Shown here one piece after another: positions 1-7,920 of a DNA stretch of 9,057 nt. The notes beneath the pieces are model-generated. The model was not told the DNA's origin. It made no database searches and was given only the letters and a program-made list of their open reading frames with translations. Source of the stretch: Octopus sinensis. Lineage: Eukaryota. The stretch is from assembly GCF_006345805.1 (NCBI RefSeq), contig NW_021828474.1, forward strand, positions 1-9,057, in the 5' to 3' direction. Numbering within the stretch: the stretch's first letter is position 1; every line of letters begins with the position of its first letter. The translations under genes and the position numbers were made by a program.

Positions 1-190
1 TTGTAATTAAGTCTGTTCAGTCCATTCTCCCGTATTAATTTGTGTGTGTGTGTGTGTCTGTTTATAATCCACTCAAAATTGTGGATGTCCACATGTATAT
101 CCAGTAAGCAGCGAAGTGCTACTGTATGATAACACAGGGTAGCCGATGCCCGGAGAGTCGCTTTGAAAAGCACCCGATAAGGTCATTACT

Positions 191-193
<3 letters not shown>

Positions 194-225
<32 letters not shown>

Positions 226-238
226 GCACGCACACACG

Positions 239-269
<31 letters not shown>

Positions 270-484
270 GCATGCACACACGAATATATATATATATATA
301 TATATAGGTAAACAGTAAAAATAATTACAGACATGGACAAGAACATGAAACCACAGAGACGACACAAACCACAGGACGGGACATTCGAAGCCCTCAGTCA
401 TCAGTCAAGAAACCAGATCATCTTAGCAATTTCGGCTGATTAATCTTGAATTATATATATATATATATAAATGCATGCACACAC

Positions 485-522
<38 letters not shown>

Positions 523-538
523 TGCAGCACACACGCAT
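194..538. repeat. (TA)n-based minisatellite, ~44-bp unit AAATGCAYGCACACACGAAT(AT)n, interrupted at 307-451
   Basis: The motif aaatgca[c/t]gcacacacgaat occurs at 222-241, 266-285 and 469-488, with a variant at 522-538, separated by (TA)n runs. Confidence 0.9.
307..451. other. ~145-bp non-repetitive segment embedded in the (TA)n minisatellite; probable interspersed repeat insertion
   Basis: Complex sequence with (TA)n on both sides and the same minisatellite unit before and after. No TIRs seen and family not identified. Confidence 0.35.
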
Positions 539-691
539 GTATCGTGGTCAAACTTCGAAATCTGTCTACAAAGCTAAAAAAAAACACAGGTTCTACGTCT
601 GGACTGAGTTATTCAGTCAGCTAATATACTTCCATTTTTGTTATCTACAGAAACCCTTGCTTTAATTATGCCTTCATATTTATTAACATAT

Positions 692-1545
692 TTACATATT
701 ATATTATATTTATATATATATATATATATATACATACATCATACGTATTACATATATATATACATATTCGTATTACATACATATATACATATTCGTATTA
801 CATACATATATACATATTCGTATTACATACATATATACATATTATATATATATATATATACATACATATTACATATATATACATATACGTAGTACATACA
901 TATATACATATTACACATATACAGAGAATTACATATGTATTTATTATATATATATTATACACACACACACACACACATATATATGTAATATATATATACA
1001 TATATATATATGTATATATGTATGTACATATACATATATATACATACATATATGTATGTACATATACATATATATACATACAAATATGTATGTACATATA
1101 CATATATATACATACATATATGTATGTACATATATATACATACATATATGTATGTACATATACATATATATACATAAATATATGTATGTACATATATATA
1201 CATACATAAATATATGTATGTACATATATATACATACATATATGTATGTACATATATATACATACATATATGTATGTACATATACATATATATACATAAT
1301 ATATTATACATAATATATATATTATATATACATATTATATACATACATATTACTATAACATAAATACATAGAATACATATATATATATAAATATATAGAT
1401 TATATACATACATATTACATATATATACATACTGTATATAAATATATATATATTATATATATACATATATACATACATATATATATATATATATATTACA
1501 TATATACATATTACACACATATGTATACGTTTCATATATATATAT
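692..1545. repeat. Compound (TA)/(TACA)/(CA) microsatellite with 28-34-bp higher-order units at ~1015-1290
   Basis: Near-continuous alternating purine-pyrimidine tract. The unit tatgtacata(taca)tatatatacatacatatatg is tandemly reiterated. Confidence 0.95.
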
Positions 1546-1547
1546 TA

Positions 1548-1680
1548 GTTGAAATTTATAGAAAAACAAAAGACGAAGACAGGCGTATGAAAAAGACTTT
1601 TACGTTTCGAGCCTACGCTCTTCAACAGTAATGAATAAGAGAAAATAAAGAGGGAATGAAAACAACTTGTAGATTTCAAC
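1548..1680 (-). other. Short segment between microsatellites with imperfect 13-bp terminal inverted repeats and a minimal-hammerhead-like motif
   Basis: gttgaaatttata (1548-1560) matches the reverse complement of 1668-1680 (gttgaaatctaca) at 11/13. Minus strand 1628-1595 reads ctgttgaagagcgtaggctcgaaacgtaaaagtc. Confidence 0.3.
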
Positions 1681-1775
1681 GGTCCAGCATACATACATAC
1701 ATACATGCAAATGTCTGCATGTCTGTGTGTGTGCTTACAGAAAGATGTTCATTACTAATTCCTTCTTTGTTTTAG

Positions 1776-1873
1776 CCGTCACGCCCTAAGACCATTCTGG
1801 AGCAGCTACTACGTGTTGACAGCCATGACATCGACCAGCTAGCTGATTGCTGATCAGTTTTCCAAAATCGATT
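1776..1873 (+). other. Candidate spliced exon (98 nt) of an unidentified host gene; reading frame disrupted as written
   Basis: Branch-like tactaat at 1753-1759, pyrimidine tract plus AG (ccttctttgttttag, 1761-1775), donor gtaagc at 1874. Frame 0 reads PSRPKTILEQLLRVDSHDIDQLADC*. All three frames contain a stop. Confidence 0.4.
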
Positions 1874-1946
1874 GTAAGCACTTCACATCAAACCACATTA
1901 CATCCGTCATTATACTGATTATAATTTATATGCAGAAACCCTCCAC

Positions 1947-2008
1947 CTCTCTCTCTCTCTCTCTCTTTATCCGTCACATACACACATACATACATACATA
2001 CATACACA
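1947..2008. repeat. (CT)n and (ACAT)n microsatellites
   Basis: (CT)10 at 1947-1966, followed by an (ACAT)/(AC) run at ~1976-2008. Confidence 0.9.
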
Positions 2009-2270
2009 CCAATGTCACCGCCATTGCTATGAGACCCTTTAAGATTGTAGAATATGTATATCATAAACATTAGTGGTTTCAAACTTTAATCCGGGTGGAA
2101 TGGTGCTACTTAGAAAATAATCGATTAATTTAGTAAGTTTGTCTCAGCCAGTGAAGAAGCCGAAAGGCAGCAGCTGTACTATGTGCTAGAAACAGCAGCT
2201 ACATACATTTATTAACTAAAAATTAAAAAAAGCAAATTACGAAAAAAACCTCGGTCAACACAGTCATATG

Positions 2271-2677
2271 TGTGGAGTGTGTGTGTACATAAATACGTAT
2301 ATATATATATATAGTTATATATCAATATATATATACATAGATATATATACATATATATGTATATACATATATATATATACATATATATGTATATACATAG
2401 ATATATATACATATATATATATACACACATACATATATATATATACACACATACATATATACATACATACACACACATATATAGATACATACACACACCA
2501 CACACTATACATACATACACACATATATATATAGATATATACATAGATACATACATACACAATACATACATACATACTATATACACATACATATATATTA
2601 CACACACATACATATATATACATATATATTAATACACATACATATATATACATATATATATATACACATATACATAT

Positions 2678-2711
<34 letters not shown>

Positions 2712-2720
2712 ACATACATA
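2271..2720. repeat. Compound (TA)/(TACA)/(CA) microsatellite
   Basis: Directly visible low-complexity tract. It explains the Y/I/C/V/M/H/T-rich ORFs in the track. Confidence 0.95.
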
Positions 2721-3090
2721 AACTAACCCTGTGCTTGAGGAGACCTACTGAGTCAAGTACATCAACATCATAAAATCAAATGGAAATTGTAGTTGTGATA
2801 CCTGTGCCGGTGGCTCGTAAAGAGCACCATCCGAACGTGGATCATGCCAGCGCCGCCTTGACTGGCTTCCGTGCCAGTAAAAATCACCAACCGATCGTGG
2901 CCGTTGCCAACCTTTCCTGGCACCTGTGCCACGTAAAAAGTACCCACTACACTCACGGAAGGGCATCGAGCTGTAGAAACACTGCCAGATCAGACTGTAA
3001 CCTGGTGCAGCCTCCTGGCTTCTCAGACCCCGGTCGAACCGTCCAACCCATGCTAGCATGGAAAACTGACGTTAAACGATGATGATGATG
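2721..3090 (+). mobile_element. 370-bp non-autonomous retroelement (SINE-like) with RTE-style (GAT)n tail, copy 1
   Basis: Ends in gttaaac-gatgatgatgatg and sits within TA/TACA microsatellite. Contains ~60-bp internal subrepeats and has a near-identical copy at 3519-3888. Resembles a common octopus repeat (recalled, unverified). Confidence 0.7.
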
Positions 3091-3518
3091 AAACATACAT
3101 ATATATACGTATATATACATATAAATATACGCATATGCATGAACATGTATATACATATACACATATATACTTTCATATAAATATATACATATATATAAAA
3201 CATACATACCTACATATATATAATATATATAAACACCACACACCATATATATATATACAAACATATATAGATATACATACATATATATAGATATATATAT
3301 ATATATATACATATAAAGATACATTAAACACAAACATACATACGTATATACATATATAATAACATAACGTACATGTATACATACATATATAAACGTACAT
3401 ACAACATATATAAACGTACTACATACATACATAAACGTACATACATACATACATACTACATTCATATATATATACTATATATATATATATATATATATAC
3501 AATATATATACATACATA

Positions 3519-3888
3519 AACTAACCCTGTGCTTGAGGAGACCTACTGAGTCACGTAATCAACATCATAAAATCAAATGGAAATTGTAGTTGTGATACCT
3601 GTGCCGGTGGTGGCTCGTAAAGAGCACCATCCGACGTGGATCATGCCAGCGCCGCCTTGACTGGCTTCCGTGCCAGTAAAATCACCAACCGATCGTGGCG
3701 TTGCCAACCTTTCCTGGCACCTGTGCCACGTAAAAAGTACCCACTACACTCGACGGAAGGGCATCGAGCTAGTAGAAACACTGCCAGATCAGACTGTAAA
3801 CTGGTGCAGCCTCCTGGCTTCTCAGACCCCGGTCGAACCGTCCAACCCATGCTAGCATGGAAACTGACGTTAAACGATGATGATGATG
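3519..3888 (+). mobile_element. 370-bp non-autonomous retroelement (SINE-like) with (GAT)n tail, copy 2
   Basis: Aligns end-to-end with 2721-3090 at offset 798, with 2 substitutions and 8 small indels. Confidence 0.7.
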
Positions 3889-4467
3889 AAACATCACAAT
3901 ATATATAGTATATATACATATAAATATACGCATATGCATGAACATGTATATACATATACACATATATACTTTCATATAAATATATACATATATATAAACA
4001 TACATACCTACATATATATATATATATAAACACACACACACATCATATAATATATACAAACATATATATATATACATACATATATATACATATATATATA
4101 TATATACATATAAAGATACATATAAACACAAACATACATACGTATATACATATATATACATAAACGTACATGTATACATACATATATAAACGTACATACA
4201 TACATATATAAACGTACATACATACATACATAAACGTACATACATACATACATACATACATTCATATATATAATATATATAATATATATATATATATATA
4301 TTGACATATAAGACATACATATATATACATACATGCATACACACACACACGAGTGAGTAGGCGGCACTCAACACATTTAGCAGGAGTTATTATTTAAAAC
4401 AACTAACTCGGACTCGGCCTCATAGAATTTAGTTCCTAAGTTTGTTACAGGTAGCTAGCTAGCTAAA

Positions 4468-4520
4468 TAATAATAATAATAATAATTATTATTATTATTA
4501 TTATTATGATTATTATTATT
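4468..4520. repeat. (TAA)6 directly followed by (TTA)n
   Basis: 4468-4503 is a perfect 36-bp palindrome, (TAA)6(TTA)6. Confidence 0.9.
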
Positions 4521-4571
4521 GATCCCAGTGTTTTACTGGTACTTACTTTATCAACCCGGAAAGGGTGAAAG
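4521..4571 (-). mobile_element. SINE central fragment (same family as 5126-5350)
   Basis: Reverse complement matches 5222-5272 at 43/51 without gaps. Confidence 0.75.
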
Positions 4572-4681
4572 ATAATAAATGTGTGTATGTGTGTGTGAAG
4601 ATGTGATGAATTTGAATGCCACCGATCATATGCCTACTTCGGTCAAGACTGTGGCCTGCTATTAAAAAAACCAGAAGGGCA

Positions 4682-4738
4682 ACTGGTGGGAAGGACTTAT
4701 TTTGTCTACACCGGAAAGGATGACAGGCAAATTTAACC
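4682..4738 (-). mobile_element. Degenerate SINE central fragment
   Basis: actggt...acttattttgtctacaccggaaaggatgacaggcaaa resembles the reverse complement of SINE 5216-5259 (actggtacttaatttatcgaccccgaaaggatgaaaggcaaa), with a short insertion. Confidence 0.5.
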
Positions 4739-4861
4739 AAACTACAATGGAGAAGGATGCCCCTTCCGTGATCACTCGACCTGCTAGAAAGGGCAGTCAA
4801 ATCTCCTCCCTCCCACCACCCAAATCACACAATAACTTCATAGTTAAATGGACGATGATGT

Positions 4862-5490
4862 TCCATCCATTCATCTTCTCTGCCCAATATTCCTAGGAGG
4901 GTAGGGTCCTCAGACACCTACTCAATAGGGTCCTATCAGAATCAACTGTCATCACACTTTTCGGTTGGATACCCAAGCGTGACCAAGTGAAACTATGCAT
5001 TATTATCCAACAATCACATTCTTGGTCTACCCTTAAGGTCTCCTGCCGGTTCACTCCGCTCGAAGAATCCGTCTTATGATTCTTTCCTGCGACATTCTAA
5101 TCGCATGTCGGTATTACTGGGGCTGCGAGCTGGCAGAAACGTTAGCACGCCGGGCGAAATGCTTAGCGGTATTTCGTCTGCGTTACGTTGTGAGTTCAAA
5201 TTCCGCCGAGGTCGACTTTGCCTTTCATCCTTTCGGGGTCGATAAATTAAGTACCAGTTACGCACTGGGGTCGATATAATCGACATAATACCTATGTCTG
5301 TCCTTGTTTGTCCCCTCTAAGTTTAGCCCCTTGTGGGTAATAAAGAAATAGGTATTACTGGGGCTGTAACCTCTCAAAGCGGAAAAGCAGAAGCTCGATC
5401 TGGAGGGGACACCCCCATCTCTGAGCAACGCATCCTGTCGGGTAACGAACATTACACAAGAGATCCTCAACATGTAGTACTTCAAATGAA
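4862..5490 (-). mobile_element. RTE-clade LINE 3' relic (ORF2 C-terminus plus tail), split by a SINE insertion
   Basis: With the SINE and one TSD removed, the minus strand reads, across frameshifts: MLRISCVMF..DRMRCSEMGVSLQIELLLFRFERLQPQ*YRHAIRMSQERIIRRILRAE*TGRRP/KGRPRM*LLDN/MHSFTWSRLGIQPKSVMTVDSDRTLLSRCLRTLPS* (stop at 4893-4895). This fits the RTE C-terminal pattern LRWxGHxxRMxxxRxxxxxL...GxRxxGRP. A short gaagatgaatggatgga tail follows. Confidence 0.8.
5126..5350 (+). mobile_element. Near full-length tRNA-derived SINE flanked by a perfect 16-bp TSD
   Basis: TSD ggtattactggggctg at 5110-5125 and 5351-5366. A-box-like tggcagaaacg (5131-5141), B-box-like gagttcaaattcc (5192-5204), 3' end taataaagaaata. 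Resembles octopus tRNA-derived SINEs (OK/OR-type); exact family not assignable. Confidence 0.9.
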
Positions 5491-5628
5491 ATGAAGACAG
5501 GAGAGTCATATTAGGAACGTCTTCAATTAATCATAATTCAGCTCGGTCTTTCAAGGCCGACCTGAAGTTAAATAACAATCACATTTGATATAACGAGGGA
5601 GTGAGTATGTGATATGCGATCATTCACT

Positions 5629-5663
5629 TTGCTAAATATAACAGCCAAATCTCGCGCAAATCA
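5629..5663 (-). repeat. Dispersed repeat core, inverted relative to 7032-7066
   Basis: Reverse complement tgatttgcgcgagatttggctgttatatttagcaa matches 7032-7066 at 30/35. Related cores occur at 6882-6900 (+) and 4782-4805 (-). Confidence 0.65.
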
Positions 5664-6305
5664 GACTCTTTGCCGTGATCATCCAACTCGATGGATAATG
5701 TATTAGTACATATAGTAAAATGCTAACTGAAACAAATAAAGACGGCGTAGTCAAGGATGGAACGACTTTTATTATACAGCCAGCTTAGGTCCAAACAACC
5801 ACAGCAACCCTACCCTCTTAAAATAAAGAGCAAAATAATGACAGGCCCCACGCAGCATCGTCACAGCCACTGGTTAAAATCGGTAATAGAATAATAGAAA
5901 AGATTAAACTATACAGCCCTTCATATACGGGCAGGAAAAGGAAAAGAGGAAAAAAGAATACGGGGTGACTGAGGATTGAAATTTCCCGCTGATTAAAAAG
6001 TCTGGCGGGTTAAACAACAACATGTGGTTTCCCGCCTCTTCCCTCGTCCCACTTGCAACCGTCAAGAAATAACTTGGAGCCTTTGTTTGTATGGTCAGTT
6101 TTAATCGGTTGGCCAAGTCTGAGGTGGAAGAAGAAAACATCATTTATTAAAGGAGAAAAATAGAGAAATTTGCGGAGAGCAAAAATAATGAATGTAAGCA
6201 AAATTTGAAAGAAATCGATATAGAAAAATTGCTGAGTGCCTCTTTAATGCAGCGTGTGCGTGCAGTCACACACATCCACACAAATATCAAATTCTCTTTC
6301 TCTCC

Positions 6306-6678
6306 CACACACACTCACATATATGTATATATACACATACACACACACATATATATATATACACACATACACCACACACATATATATATATACACACATA
6401 CACACACACATATATATATATACACACATACACACACACATATATATACACACATACACACACACATATATATATACACACATACACACACACATATATA
6501 TATATACACACATACACATATATATATACACACATACACACACACATATATATATACACACATACACACACACATATATAATACACACATACACATATAT
6601 ATATATATACACATACACATATATATATATACACATACACATACACATATATATATATATATATATATACACATACAT
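6306..6678. repeat. Compound (CA)/(TA) minisatellite, ~26-30-bp unit acacatacacacacacatatatatat
   Basis: Tandem reiteration is visible directly. It explains the ORFs at 6205-6798, 6244-6694 and neighbours. Confidence 0.95.
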
Positions 6679-6723
6679 GTTTATAGATACATAATTCTAG
6701 CAGTTTCTGTTCGTATTAGCTCT

Positions 6724-6794
6724 GTTGTAGTAGTAGTAATAGTAGTAGTAGTGGTGGTAGTAGTAGTAATAGTAGTAGTAGTAGCAGCAACAGC
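6724..6794. repeat. (GTA)n trinucleotide repeat
   Basis: gtagtagtagtaatagtagtagtagt occurs twice, with gtg/gca variants around it. Confidence 0.9.
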
Positions 6795-7031
6795 TTAGTC
6801 CCACCTCTACCCCTGTTCGACCTTATCCTACGATCAAAGGGATTCCAATTATGAATTCCCGTTTTTTAAATTATTTTACAATGGCTGTTATTTCTAGCAA
6901 CTTGTTGGTTTCTGTGTAATCTCTGACTGACCGGATAATGTAATCAAAGATCATCCACCAGCAACTTATATTCCGTCCTAATATCAACTACATAATCGAA
7001 TATAGCCTCCTGGTTTCAAAAGAAAATGGAG

Positions 7032-7066
7032 TGATTCGAGGGAAATTTAGCTGTTATATTTAGCAA
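7032..7066 (+). repeat. Dispersed repeat core (same family as 5629-5663)
   Basis: 30/35 identity to the reverse complement of 5629-5663. Confidence 0.65.
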
Positions 7067-7155
7067 GTCCATCCCTTCGTTCATCGTTGTTCCGTTTCCA
7101 GTAACTTGTTAGATCGATATAATAGACGTGTGATTGCCTTAAAAATTTAATCTTG

Positions 7156-7920
7156 TTTATTTATTAACATATTTCTATAGGAAGAAAGAAGGGATAAAAC
7201 ACTAAAATTATAACAGATCACTTTATTGAGAACCCCCACCCCGCGAACTACCTCATGAAGGAAACCAAGAAAATGGGGTGGGGGAGAATTAAATAGCAAA
7301 ATACGGAGGGAGAGTAACAGGTTGTACACCCCAGAATAAACGGCGGGTTCAGCCCCGCCTCGCGAACATTATTACAAACGCCTTGCCGCGGAGAATGGCC
7401 AGCGGCACTCGCTGCAACCGGCACCCCTACCTCGCAGGGCTCATTTGTCATAGGGGCCGCAGTTATCCCGATTTTGCGGAAGATATCAACAGTACGGGAT
7501 CCGACAACAAGTGAGGTCTCGATGGCGACCGGCACAAACAGATGGCGACCAGTCAGGCCCCCCTGTATATTGGTTTATCTTCTTCAGCTTTGAGTTACGG
7601 GCGGCGATACCCAGGTTTGCGACCGGTGCTGTAAGTTTGGAACCGGGAAACGTGTTGCAGCACGTCGCGTTCTGGACTGGGGATCTGCTTCCCTTGTATG
7701 GGATGAGGGTTATATCGTTGGGGCGCTTACTATCTCCACGGTCAAGACCTACAGCTCCCAGTTGTGACGGAAAACCAGCTGCTTCGAGGACTCCTTCACA
7801 TTACGTCATTCAGATCGGCGCATCTGGGGAACCTGCCCGTGCTATGGCTGTAGGATAATGGATGCAAATCGAATTCGTCGACTACAGCTCCGCGACAGCA
7901 TTTGTGCGGCTAACACACAC
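7156..7920 (-). mobile_element. 5'-truncated CRE-clade-like (RLE-type) non-LTR retrotransposon relic with 3' UTR
   Basis: Decayed zinc-knuckle and RLE coding region at 7349-7909. Downstream on the minus strand are AATAAA (7222-7227) and AATAAATAAA (7156-7165). The 3' boundary is approximate. More GC/CpG-rich than its surroundings. Confidence 0.75.
7349..7909 (-). pseudogene. Zinc knuckle plus restriction-like endonuclease (PD-(D/E)xK-type) C-terminal domain of a non-LTR ORF, with frameshifts and stops
   Basis: PHKCCRGAVVDEFDLHPLSYSHSTGRFPRCADLNDVM*RS/LEAAGFPSQLGAVGLDRGDSKRPNDITLIPYKGSRSPVQNATCCNTFPGSKLTAPVANLGIAARNSKLKKINQYTG/LTGRHLFVPVAIETSLVVGSRTVDIFRKIGITAAPMTNEPCE/LQRVPLAILRGKAFVIMFARRG*. 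This matches the CRE-type pattern CxCG..D..GxHxLSC...RH..LND..EPxGLxRxDGKRPDGxTxxPW....WDxT..FxPxAxETxG...QRLSxAxxRGNA. Confidence 0.8.

Larger units (their letters stand above)
2721..4300 (+). repeat. Tandem duplication, period 798 bp (element plus downstream microsatellite)
   Basis: The element and the irregular microsatellite after it (e.g. ataaatatacgcatatgcatgaacatgtatatacatatacacatatatactttcatataaat) both recur at +798. The right boundary is approximate because it lies in microsatellite. Confidence 0.9.

Noticed and set aside
105-181. Possible small exon between ccag and aag/gtcatt
   Set aside because: Poor pyrimidine tract, weak donor, and stops in all three frames.
376-410. Minus-strand ctgatgactgagggcttcgaatgtc, resembling a hammerhead core
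   Set aside because: There is no G-C closing pair for stem II and GAAU replaces GAAA. Too weak without a family alignment.
1015-1290. Regularly spaced repeats as a possible CRISPR array
   Set aside because: No unique spacers, eukaryotic context, and no cas genes.
2074-2138. Open frame WFQTLIRVEWCYLENNRLI ending at a GTAAGT donor (2133)
   Set aside because: No credible acceptor or pyrimidine tract upstream, and the peptide is not recognisable.
2150-2172. gtgaagaa-gccgaaaggc, resembling a hammerhead core with a GNRA-capped stem II
   Set aside because: The required GAAA after the stem is absent (agca) and no stems I/III can be formed.
2745-3082. ORFs of 100-104 aa over the (GAT)n-tailed element
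   Set aside because: No recognisable domain, and the frames are not preserved in the second copy.
5074-5286. ORF MSIISTPVRNWYLIYRPRKDERQSRPRRNLNSQ...
   Set aside because: It is the antisense translation of the non-coding SINE.
73-6798. Numerous 60-200-aa ORFs rich in Y/I/C/V/M/H/T
   Set aside because: They are translations of (TA)/(CA)/(TACA) microsatellites, which lack stop codons in several frames. No coding evidence.
7521-7550. Direct repeat gatggcgacc twice, 20 bp apart
   Set aside because: Both copies lie within the RLE coding relic and fit its peptide pattern. Not a TSD.
7511-7858. 115-aa plus-strand ORF in the GC-rich region, possibly a host gene or CpG-island promoter
   Set aside because: It is antisense to the decayed RLE coding region, which explains both the GC content and the open frame.
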